A stretch of DNA of 64,000 nt from Trichoplax adhaerens (lineage: Eukaryota; Animalia; Placozoa): NCBI RefSeq assembly GCF_000150275.1, contig NW_002060952.1, forward strand, positions 890,482 through 954,481, given 5' to 3'. A model generated the notes under the pieces. It was not told where the DNA came from. It saw only the letters and a program-made list of their open reading frames with translations, and did no database searches. The stretch's first letter is position 1. Each line of letters starts with the position of its first letter. A program made the position numbers and the translations under genes. Shown piece by piece: positions 26,825 through 39,414 of this stretch.

Positions 26825-29456
26825 TTATCTTTCAAATTTATCCAACGGATATTCATCTTGGTGCTTTTCTAAATGTTCTTCCAAGTTTTTATATTGTTCC
26901 TTTAAGATCTCCGGCATACCATCATAGACATCATTGAAGACTTCATACAAGTTTGGCTTTTGAATTTTTTCAGCTTTTTTCATGGCATTTATAACGCCTT
27001 CTCTGCATTCTTTCTTTAATTCGCTTTCAAGATTATCATTCCACCAACCTTGCTTTGTAAGGAATAATCGCAGCCGAATAATGGGATGATCGATCTTGTC
27101 CCAGTGAGATACTTCATCGGCTCCTCGATAAGCAGACCAATCATCGCTGGTGCTATGATGTCCAACTCTGAAAAGATAGCATTAGAGTATTACAACTATT
27201 GAAATGCATAACGTGTATCATTGATGGAACCGATATGAATTGTCAATGAATACATTTTATTACAACGCACCTGTACGTCATGGCCTCGACTAAAACAGGA
27301 GCATTTTCTTCCACAGCAATTTTTCGAGCTGCTTTTGTTGCCACATACACAGCAAAGAGGTCATTACCATCAACGCGTACAACCGCCATACCATAACCGC
27401 TACCTCTGCTTGCTAGTTTTATAGTATAACGAAAGATGTTGTTTTATACAATAAATGTGTATACATTATTTTACTCTATTTAGGCTTGATTACAACGGAT
27501 GCATTCCACTTGTGTAACATAACAATTTATCGCAAAATTGCGAAAATTTCACGTAGCGTCACATCAATAAAACTTACCTATGCCATCTCCTTTATACTGT
27601 TCACTAGTTGGAGTAGAGATGGCATAACCATTGTTTCGGCTATTAGAAAGAAGACGATACAAAATGGAATTTTAAAGTACCGTATATCGAATAGAATTAT
27701 ATTGTGCTATACGATGGTAACATTAAAAACGTAGATCAACCTACCAAAAGAAAATAACCGGAGCTGAGAGTGTCGCAGCGAAATTAAAGGCTGCATGAGC
27801 ATCTCCTTCACTTGCAGCGCCATCACCGAAATAGCAGATAACACACTTTCTATCCCCTCTTCTTTTTAGAGCGTATGCAGCCCCAGATGCTATTTGATAA
27901 AGGTCATCGTCAATGCATTTCAATAACCGACCAGAGGCGTTCTAGTAAGGTTGTATCTGAAATCTTACAGTATTACATACCTTGTGGCATTTGAGTAGCC
28001 AATGGAGATGAAATGGTTACAAAGTTGAGCGCTTTTGAGCCATAGTGTACAGGCATTTGTTTACCCTTTCCAATATCTAGAGTGTTAGCATAGCACTGAT
28101 TCATAAAATCGTCTAGCGTAAAGCCACGGTATAGCAAAACTCCTGCTTCACGATACTGGCCAAATACAACATCATGAGGGTCGAGTGCGGCTGCACTACC
28201 AAAATGCGTTGCTTCTTCGCCATAATTCGTCATATAAAAGGATATACGACCCTAAAAAGAGAAATGAGTTACTGTAATTAAAGTGAGATCATGTTACCGA
28301 TAGCTGATATTAGTAACGCAAGTTGGCAAGAAATCGCTATCTCTATAGTAATACTCGTAACATTTTCGCCATATTTGAAGTGAAATTCTTATACAATTGT
28401 AATTCATCAACATATATAAAGATTTTACCTGTCGCTGAGAATCGTACATAATTCTATCCATCGTGCTTAGCAAAACCATTTGGCGGTACATACCTACAAT
28501 GTTTGATTCTTCTAACTATTTTAACGATAAATACAGATATTACTCATTTACAGTAATAAATAGAATGAGTAATAGCTGTGTATCTGCAAACATATGAAAT
28601 GTACTATTCAACAGTATCCAGTCCTATAGCAGAATAAATTGGTAAAACGCTTTGTGGTATATTTTGATTTGCTACCAGGAAAGAGTGGTACATCATCGGT
28701 ACTGCAAAATCTCTATATAAGATTTGATTTATAAGATAATACATCATTTTCAAGACTATAGTCTCGCTGTAGAATCTTGCAATGTACAATAAGTTTACTC
28801 CAATGACAAGAAGTCGAAACGATCTTAACGAGCTGATATACTAGGATAAATTTTCAATCGTAAAGTTAAGTCTGATAGACTAATATACACAAATACAGTA
28901 TAATATAGTTTATTAGCAATTCTTATCTTAGAAAAGTGGTGAGTAAGCCGAGAGAACGTGGAATTTAATTTATGATATTGAATTGTTAACATCATTCAAC
29001 ATGTAGAAACAGTATTGCACCATGTCTCGTACTCCCTCACCCTAGGCCATGCTGTGGAGTACAGCAGACTAAAATTTAGCGCTTCAAAATATCTGATCAC
29101 GTTATCGTCATATAAGCATGAAAGTTCATTAGGTACCAGATCCATCTACACCCTATCCATCCTACAGGATCTTGATGATATAAGACTTGCAAGTGAATCA
29201 CTTGGCAAGGTAATGTACTGTATTTTTAGCTACAATAAAATGACAACATTGTAGCATTTGTATCTAACTTCGAGTTCTACACTACACACGTATAAACTAT
29301 CATCATTCGACTACCTTCTACTCTCCTAGCGTTTTTAAGCAAAATTATTACCTTTTGTAGAGGTAAACAGATACCAGCTGGATAAACCTTATATCGCATG
29401 GAATGATAATTTTTCCATAATGTTGATGCAGTACGCCTAGTCAGATTGGCAGCCAT
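26825..29456 (-). CDS. BCKDHA: Branched-chain alpha-keto acid dehydrogenase E1 alpha subunit, mitochondrial
   Basis: Exons 29456-29352 (transit-peptide-like), 28712-? (3' end unresolved), 28515-28429, 28251-27981, 27889-27745, 27639-27578, 27412-27271, 27167-26825. Motifs [46 protein letters not shown], ThDP motif GDGAASEGD...[20 protein letters not shown]. Confidence 0.96.
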
Positions 29457-30025
29457 TTTGGATGACTATAGCCCTACAGTTACATGCCTAGGATAGCAAG
29501 AAGGCAAGTCCGGGCTGTCTGTCCTAGTCTAATTGGAAGGGTGGTCCGGTCCGGTACGGTACGGTACGGTACTAACGACAATGTACAGTACGTACTGTAC
29601 GCACGGTACTGTACATTGTCAAAACTTTTAGTAAAAACGCCATAGGAGAGCGAGTGCCTATAGTGTAGTACTGCCACACGTAACTGAATGATACGTTAGA
29701 CTAAAGTGCAACAGCTGGCCGGATTGCATTTGCATCAGCAATCCAGGGTTAGCTTTGCTGAGGAAGAGCCTCCATCGAAAGAGGCAAAAATTAAGAGTTT
29801 ATGGCTTATTAAAGCATATATTTGATTACTTATCATCATCATCACTGATCCAATTCTACGTATACGATTACTGTAGCAGCTGATTGGACTGTAGTCTTGT
29901 GGATCGCATGGTTGAAACTAGTGTAACCTTAGAGGTCGAAAAAAAACTAGAGCTCTAACTTTGGCCTGCACGATTACCGAGAAGTCAAATAAAGTTGATT
30001 AGGATTAGGTCGGTTGTTGACTAGC

Positions 30026-30440
30026 TTAATTCCACCTATTAGTGTATTACGCATAGCTGGTTCGAATGCAGTCGATATAATTAATTCCATCTACTAGTAT
30101 TTTACGCTTGGCCTGGTATTAGTGTTGCAGCATTATCGTAGAAAAAGCTGATTCAATTGCAGCTGACAAGATTAATTCCACCTGCCGGTGTTTACCTTTG
30201 CCCTGTTGTAGCATGATACACTAATATAAAGGTAGAGTAATTAATGAGATTGAAGTTTACAACAGTAGCAATTCCATCTACCTGTGTTGATACTTGCTCT
30301 GCAGTAGTGTATTACAGTATTGTAACTGGCTAGATTGCGGCTTATCAAAATTTTAATTCCATCAACCAGTATTTTACGCCTACCCTGTTGTACAGCATTG
30401 CAGTATTTTATACAGTTACTGATCTAGATTGCAGCTTACA
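30026..30440. repeat. Degenerate tandem repeat, ~5 copies of a 55-97 bp unit anchored on AATTCCA(C/T)CT
   Basis: Anchors near 30026, 30081, 30172, 30269 and 30353, each followed by a related ..TTACGC..CCTGTTGTA..GATTGCAGCT sequence. Confidence 0.7.
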
Positions 30441-30693
30441 CAAGATTCAACACGTAGTGATTACCCTTCTACCTCGACGATAGGAAGAGCTTTTAATCAA
30501 ATCGACCGGTCTTTCCAATTCCATTACATTATTGTAGTGTTTAATCTGACAACTCAACGAATTGCAATTGACGAGATTGCGTAGAATTAGCCTTAAACTA
30601 AGTCAATTCAATCCATAAGTATTCAAATTTGACCTACAATTTTACAATATCATAACTCATCCTAGCTGACAATTAAAGACATTGATTAGTAAC

Positions 30694-33600
30694 ATGAAGG
30701 TTGCTATCGTTGGTGCTGGTGTTAGCGGTCTTACAGCTCTTAAGCAATGCCTTGATGAAGGTATCCAGGCCACTGTCTTCGAAAAAGAGGAGCAAATAGG
30801 CGGTATTTGGACATTTTCAGGTTTGTTGAAAGTAATAATCATTCGACCGTTGTCCATGTTTAGAGTTATTTGGACTGCACTATATTGTAAAGGCATGCTT
30901 AAATTTGTTAGAGTTGTTTGCTTTCATGTTGCGGATACAGTACTCCAATACCCCTTCACAACGGTTGATTCAACGCCATACCTTATGGTTGATTTACTGC
31001 AATAGATTAGAAATCAGTTAATAGTCTCTAATATCTGTAACATCAGAATAAATCAATAATACCATCATTCAGTCTTCTATGCTATTGAACGATAGGAGAT
31101 TTTAACTAGCAGCATTTATCCTTTGTATCATGCTGATCGACTTGGAAAGTGTATTAAGCATCACGGTAAATGGTGGTATAATCCAATCCTACCTACACCG
31201 CGATTTCGTATGAACTAATTGATCCATCCCAGCTTCGTCTAATGTGCTGCTTTTAGCCTATCCAACTAAATTATGCTACTTATTACAATACATGTTACCT
31301 ATTCAACTCTATGATACTATTTTAGCCTATTCAACTATGCCTTACATGCAAATGCTAATACCACAAGTGGAATGTTATGCAAATAATGCAATATAGAACG
31401 ATCGTAATTCTATCATTATAGTTTCGTCATCACTTTATACCATGTCGAAAGTAATTCGATTGCAGATAGGCAGAATTCACATAGCATTTTTTTCTATATA
31501 TGCTGGTTAGAGACGCCAGGCAAGGGAGGACTGGTTTATCGATCGGTTATTACCAATACTAGTAAGGATATGACTGGATTTAGCGACTATCCCATGCCAG
31601 ATGATTATCCACCTTATATACATAACTCTCAGGTAGTGCAGTACTTGCAGATGTAAGTATCAATCAGTAATTATTTTTTTATGCGATATCCATGTTGGAT
31701 TGTATTAAAAATATAGCTTATGCTAAGCAAGCATTGTTGTAAGCAGTGATGTAGTTCAATTGTAAGTTTTCACGATATTTACCATAGTCTTATAGAATAC
31801 ATATTATTAAAAGCTTTATAGCTTTCCATGATTTAGAAATATTGAAATTACCCTCGAATTAGTTAGCATGTTTAATTTTCCGCCTATATTTTATTGTATC
31901 CAATAGGTACTGCGATCATTTTAAGCTGAATGAACACATACAGTTTAATACTAGCGTACGAAAGATTGAAAAAGCTGCCAACTATCAGCAGAGTGGCAGA
32001 TGGGATATAACTCTCAGTCGGAATGATACTAATGAAACAACTACAGAAACATTCGATGCAGTCATGGTTGCTAACGGACTATATAGCAAAATTTCTCTTC
32101 CTCATTTTCAAGGTGTTGAGAACTTCCGTGGCAAACTTTTACATAGTAGAGATTATAAAGATTGGAAAGGTACACCAATACTAAACGGAATCTATTGAGC
32201 CAAAGCCTTTACCTATCCTTTGCTGTTATCCTGAAGTCAATACCTTACGCAAATAGAGCTGACTCATTAATTTTCTAAAAACTAATACTTATGTAGTATA
32301 ATTAGCAGATGAGATAAAATACTTGCTCTTCTTGTCAAATAGGATACGAAAACAAAAGAGTACTAGTTGTAGGATCTGGTAGTTCTGCTGTTGATATTGC
32401 TGTCGAGCTCAGCTATCATTGTTCACAAGTCTATATGAGTACACGATCTGGAGCTTGGGTCTTTGGACGTGTTAGTTCTGGTGGATTACCTGCTGATAGT
32501 CTATTGAGTCGTTTTACAATGATGGTACCTCGAAAAATCGTAAAGTATGTATTGCGATCAGAATTGAATCAAAAGTTTGACCATGCCAAATACGGTCTAG
32601 GAGCAAATTATGACATCCTTACGAAATCCATCGTTGTTAATGATGATATAGCCGGTAAATACTAATTTTGTATGCTATTACACGGATTACTAGTGAATAC
32701 CTATAAGTATATTTTCTAGTAGTCCACGACTACTACTACGTGGATTACTAGTGAATAACCGTAAATATGTTTTCTAGTAGTCCATGACTACTATCATAGG
32801 CTGTGAAAGGACTATGAATAAATAATAAATAACCGTTGGATTTAATAAGACGAAGAAAATTTGAATAGTGTTAAATACTAATTGTGTATACTACTATATG
32901 AATTACTATAGTGAACACGTAAATTTTCTAGTTTGTAACTACTGTCCTAGACCGTGAAAGGACTTCGGTTTTTATAATAATTAGATTTAATAAGATGAAG
33001 TGAATTTTAAGAATGTGCGAGTCTACATGATATGATACATATAATTTACTTTGTCTACATTTGCAATCAAATTGAAAAGCGCCTATCTAATTGAATTATA
33101 TTTGTCTTATTTTATACTATGATAAAGCTCGAATAATTTGCGGAGCAGTTAAAGTCAAAGATAATCTCAGTTGTATCAAAGAGCATGATGTTGAATTTTG
33201 TGATGGTACGATAGAGAAGGATATACAGGCAATCGTTTTTGCTACTGGTTTTGCCACTGCTATTACATGCTTGGATTCATCTATTATCACTCAGGATCAA
33301 TATGAATGCTTAAACTTGTATAGAAACATATTTCCTCCCGGGTTAGATCATCCAACACTGGCTATGATAGGTTACGTCCAAGTCGGTGGTGCGGTTTTTC
33401 CAGTATCAGAAATGCAATCAAGATATGTAGTACGTGTATTTAAAAAGTGTTTATCTTTGCCATCACAGGAAGAAATGATACGTGATATTGAGGATAGGCA
33501 TAAAGCTAATCAAAAAGCAGTTGTCAGAACGGAATGGTCAATCATTCGGGTATAGATATAATCGATATTTTCAAATAAAGTTCCTATTTCATATAGTCGA

Positions 33601-34118
33601 TAGCATCATTTGCACGATTAATCTTTACGAAGAAATTCTACAACGATTTTACTCTATTTACACTCAGTAGTTGATGTTATAGATACAAAATTGGTTTCCA
33701 CATTCAACTAAAATTAATTCTGGATGAATCATAAACTGATAAAGTTGGATATTAATTTTATCACTTGTTTTGTTTATGCTTGTATCTATCTATTATTTAG
33801 GTGGATTACATTAAGTATATGGATGAACTGGCCTCTCTAATAGGCTGCAAGTGTAATCTTTTATTGTTATTCTTCCGTGATCCGAAATTAGCATTAAGAT
33901 GCTTTTTTGGCCCATGTACGCCTACACAGTTTAGATTAGTGGGGCCACACCGTTGGAATAATGCCAAAAAGACAATTGAGAATAATGAAAAACGATTTGT
34001 TGGTTCAATTCAAACACGTCGATATATGCCACAGATGAAAAGTCGAAGTTGGTTCTGGTCAGGATTTGCAATCACTACAGCAGTAGTGATAGCTTATTAT
34101 ATCACTAGCTACTACTAG
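30694..34118 (+). CDS. Flavin-containing monooxygenase, paralogue A (divergent)
   Basis: Exons 30694-30820, 31511-31652, 31907-32169, 32343-32654, 33128-33549, 33801-34118. FAD motif GAGVSG, GGIW, NTSK, FMO signature [16 protein letters not shown] motif GSGSSA, FATGF, C-terminal membrane anchor. Confidence 0.95.
32682..33000. repeat. Intronic degenerate tandem repeat (3 copies, ~58 bp core) in FMO-A intron 4
   Basis: GGATTACTAGTGAATA...TTTTCTAGTAGTCCA.GACTACT at ~32684 and ~32741, plus a diverged copy at ~32900 sharing the GTGAAAGGACT...GATTTAATAAGA.GAAG tail. Confidence 0.75.
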
Positions 34119-35911
34119 TAATATTCTACTCAGTCTTGATTTTCTAATAAGTAACGCAATGCAATGTAGAATATTCTCATGCTAGAAAGACGTATCGATT
34201 AAAGTTAGAATTGATTTGTTTTGCTTATTTTTACGTAAGAACAGATGAAGTAAGAAATCATTTAAAAGGTTTCAAATATTGCATTCGTTCAATAAATAAT
34301 CGCTAACATGAAATAGAGATCGATTTATAAATTAAAATGTCTGTTTCTGCTAGCAATTGTGTGCTTACAGCGCTACTAAGCCGTTAATTACCGTTTGTCG
34401 TCAGCAACTAACGATGCTGCTACACTTTCTTATTACTAATTTTTTATTAGCGTAAGTGCGGATTGAAACTAATTATATGCAGTAATGGCTTAGTCATTAT
34501 TTATATTTTCTATAGGGTAAGAATTTTTATACTGGTTCTATCCTATAATAAATGCACTCTTAATATTTCTTGATGTTTACGTTTATCCAAACCCATTCAA
34601 GCGTATTGATAACAAATCTGTAGATGCTTATGCCAGTAAAAATGAAGTAGTCCTCTTGCTCTGATGATTATGTAATAGCAACATTAGGCATACTTATACT
34701 TGTATTTATCGAACAATCTCATTGAATGTAGAAAAGGGATTTTACAATATTATCAAGTTTTTCACTTATCTCAACATGCTAGAAGTTTAACCACATCTTG
34801 ATCATGACTGAACCTTCTTCTTATACTAGACTAACTCAATCGTTTATAGAAATATTTATGCACTCCCACTTTGTATCAGGTAGCGAATGATCTTATTGCA
34901 CTATTAAAATGTATAGACACATCACAATATCAGCAAGTTGTAGCAAAATTCTTACTGTTTGACAAGCAGAAAATCCAAATGTAAATTTCTATTAAACTTA
35001 TATCAGGAAATTAATCAAGACAGCGTTTATGTTGCTGAACGGTAAATTTATTATGAATACTGATTAGTAGACCTAAGTAAAATTCATTCTACTGCATAAC
35101 AGTTTTAATTCGTATAATTACTTTCTGTTTCATAGACGACAGTCAAATTACTAGCTTTGAATACAATATGCAGACTTACAGTAATAAACATTAAAGCTTA
35201 ATTATTAAATTATTAATTATGAAGAAATAGCATAAATACTGCGCTAATCTCTTTCATTGGCTGTTGTGGTAACTATATTATCGTCGTTGATGCAAGAGGT
35301 AATAGAAATGATAGGAGTGGGGATATGATTTGTTACAGCGAAAATACTACTGTAGTACCAGCTTTGCTGACACCTGTTTATGCCGTTATATTTCCAATTA
35401 TCAAGCTGTCGATACAAAGTATAATTTTTATTGAATTCATTTATGGCAGTTCAAATATCCGAATCACGTTTACGCATTGATTGGCTGATAGTATATTAAT
35501 AAACTATTTAAATTTACTTTTTGTTTCATAAAGATCACATTCCGTGCTATGCCAGATTATGGATTAAAAAATTGTGGCTAAGTGCTTGTAGTGGGTGAAC
35601 GTGGCGTAAATGTTTAAAGGCTAATATTTAATCGGCTAAAGTGATATAAAGCTATATATTTACCCATAACTATACTTAGAACTAATTAATTAAATCATAA
35701 TCAGGCGCTATTTCTGATCAGTTTATACAACTGTCAGGATTTCGACGTGATTCAGATTCAATACAGACATGGCAAAACTATTGTTTGCTAATCAGCATTC
35801 CCTTAACTTGGCTAACGGCAGAAGAGAAAGTTCCTCCTAAAATATCAATAAATTATAAGGCCGTATGAATTATTTTAGTAAAACAATTAAAGGAATTAAG
35901 TAAAATTTGAA

Positions 35912-38900
35912 TTAACCGATATCGCTGACTGCTCCTCCTATATCGCCATTACTGCGATATATAGCGTACGCAAGTGGAACCATGATAATACCAAGCAGTA
36001 CAAACCATGTGAAGAAACCGCTGCGACTTTTAACAGCTTTAACTTGGCGAGTGCACATAGAGTTGATCACGTTGTTATCGACACTTTCGATAGCCTTCTT
36101 GGCACCTTTCCAAGAATGTGGTCCCTGCAATCGATATTGCGGTGGAGTACAAGGACCAAAGCAACATTGGAATGCTAACTTAGGGTCGGTAAAGAACATA
36201 CTCAAAAAACTTGGTTTGCAGCCGATCAATGTAGCCAACTCATCCATAAATGGTATGAAATCAACCTAATATTCAAAAATGAATCAATTCATCTCACAAT
36301 TTATTCGTAAGCGATGATACCTCGTCATTACTAATTTGATCATGCATTAAATATAAGATTTTAGCGAAGGGACCACAATAATTGCAGAAGTTAAGGCACG
36401 AATTTCGTACTAAAAGTCAAACTTTTACTATTAGCAGAACGAAAATAAAACGGAAAATATTGGGTGAAATAGCTGCATGATTATAAATTTCATCATTCGG
36501 TAGAAATAATCATATAACTACCATATTGTTTTCTAAAATTTAAGATTGTACAAAAAATCAACTATTTTATAAATTTACTATCGACGTGTATACCTCGATG
36601 GTATGCCTTGGTGATTCGGTATATCTAGAAGCCATATGATCACGTTTTCCCGTTATGTCTGCCATCATTTCAGCTTCGGAGGGTAACGTACTTTTCTTGT
36701 TAAAGACTCGAGTAACCCATCGAGCTTGCATTTCTGATATTGGCATAATAGCACCTACGGGCTGAACAAATCCAACCATAGCCAATGTTGCATGTTTAAG
36801 ATGAGGTGGAAAGACGTATTTATATAAATCACATTTGTTTTCTACGACTTCTACAATGGATGGGTCCAGAAAAGGGAAACCAAATTTGTAACCAGTACTA
36901 TAGACAATCACATCGATATCTTTTTCAACCGTGCCATCGGTAAAAGTGACATCATGTTCAGTAAGGCTTTCTACGTTATCCTTTACTTTAACCGAGCCAC
37001 ATATTATTCGAACTATTCAGAATATACGTAAATGCGTTAAGAGTTAGCTAGGATGTGCTACTAGTTAAGAAAATGAGTATTAATGAAGTTACAACGAACT
37101 AGAAAGGCATGTATAGAACCACTAGAGAATTTACTGAAATTTATTTTCGAAATGACGATCTGAACGTCACCCATTATTAAAATCAATTTTTACTTAGCAT
37201 TTTACAATATGCAATAGCAATCTATTATGCAGAATTGTACACTATATTTTTGAAGGGAAACGAATCTTTTACTAATCTTACTAGGATAACTGTAACTTAA
37301 TTATTATAGGTGAGGAAGTGTAAGTATGGGTAAGTAAGCAGAGGTAAACTAGTGATCGTTTAATGCTACCGTTATTCCATTCCAAGACTAGAGACTAGAA
37401 TGTAATTTCAGCTCACTTATATTTTAGATTAGGTATCAATTAAAAATAAAACATCATTTACTGCCTTTGCTGAACGATTTTATTCGCGAGATACAGTATG
37501 CTCATATCATGTTAATAACCATTGCTTGAGTAGTAAATAGATATCTACGTTTCCTAAAAGCGTAATGCTTGTCCATATACACTGTTAAGAGCGACGTGTA
37601 AATGATTTATATAGTATACCTGGTAGTTCATCGCTCATTGTTGGATGTTGAGCAAGCACACGATAGGAAGTTTTTAAACCGTAATGCTCATGATTAAATC
37701 TTGCTTCACAACCCTTTTTCAATTCCGCTTCTAGCATCGATGTTGGCATAACAGCATTTATAAAACGATTGAAGACGTGATCTATTGGCTGTCCGCCAGG
37801 GCCCAGTCGTGAAAATACCCAAGTTCCGCGTCGAGTACTGAGGAAAACTTTAGAAGCGTGATGACTTGTTTCGCAAGCAACATCAACAGCTGAATTACCA
37901 ATGCCGACAACAACGACTCTTTTATTCTCGAAACCTATCCAACCAATATTACCGTAATTGCTCAAAATAGAGAACACGAGTCTATATTACAGAAAATATG
38001 CATGAAACTCTTTCTGTTGAACTAATTTTAAATTACAGCATTTACCGCGATAATCTTTGTAATCATGACTGTGCATTTGTTTGCCTTTAAACACATCCAT
38101 TCCTTTAAATGATGGCATCCTTGGATCCCAATGATGGCCTGAACATACCATTACACCATCATATGTCGTTGTTGTTTTGTTTGCATGATCATCCGAAGGA
38201 CTGGTAACTATATCCCATCTTCCGGTTTGATCGTAGTCAGATGCTTGTTTAATTTGATGGACGAAGGTATTATATCGGATATGTTTGTAGAGATCGAATT
38301 TTTCGGCGTACCTTTTAGTATTTGTACAGGTATAGGTATAAGATCAAAATAAAATAGTAAAGTTGTTATAGTGCAGTTACTGTAGAGGGTTATTGATCTT
38401 ACCGAGTAGATTATTGCAAATTACAATATTATCATTGCCATGCTGTGCATTCAAGAATATTTATGATTCATTTATCAAAATTATGAAGCGATTCGATTGA
38501 AAACATGACATAAAAACAACAACCGATACGATTCATGATCATCGTTTAAAAATATATATCAAACGAGAAACCATCAACTATAGGAACAATTACGTTGCAG
38601 GTTGTAATATTAAGAAGGGTATATCAACATGAGAGTCGATAAGAATGTGGTTGCTACTGTAGAATATACTAGCTTCGAAGATCATAGTCTGCTTTTTAAG
38701 AGTTTGTTTGAAATTTGAAGAATGCAATAACAATTAATTTTTATCTGGCAAATATCTTTACATTGTAATTAATTAATGATTAAACTAATGATCAACCTAC
38801 ATTTCAAAATATTTAATCACGCCGGTATTGTGCATAAAAGGTGAATAGCTAGCGGGTATTGGAAAATCGCTAAAGCACATCAACTCTTTGCTAGTATTGA

Positions 38901-39414
38901 TAATTGTCGAGCGATACACGGTTCCACCCTTGCCAACTTCTTCTATACTTGGAGAATTCGAATACGAATGTCAAAATTAGTCATAAATCGAACGTACACG
39001 TTCTAGAATTTTATTATTTTATCAATCCTTTTCATCAGCTTGATCGAGAAGATTAGTGATGAAGACAAATTGATGAAATATTAATTGCACCGCATAGTAC
39101 AGCCATCTAAAGTTAGCTATTATGATACTATTTGTAAAGTATAATAATGATACTGGAAAAAATCTACCTGCTGTAGCTAAGTGTAATTAGCTACAAATCT
39201 TTCTTCTTGTATGTGAGTAATAGAGCTACGAAAATACGCGCCTACAGTAACTTGGTTACTACTAGTAGAAAGCAAAATTAATCGAACCTGAAAACCTCCA
39301 TAGACCGCCTATATAGTTTTCTTTTTCCAATACAACTCCTTCAATCCCTTCATCGATGCATTCTTTTAGTGATGTTAACCCACTTGCTCCAGCTCCGATA
39401 ATAGCTACCTTCAT
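35912..39414 (-). CDS. Flavin-containing monooxygenase, paralogue B
   Basis: Exons 39414-39288, 38942-38801, 38311-38046, 37934-37620, 37012-36594, 36265-35912. Motifs [47 protein letters not shown]-terminal TM. Confidence 0.96.

Noticed and set aside
29130-29185. Plus-strand [13 protein letters not shown] resembling the missing BCKDHA PxYRV motif (possible inverted exon)
   Set aside because: Wrong strand, bounded by stops, and the similarity is too short to distinguish from chance
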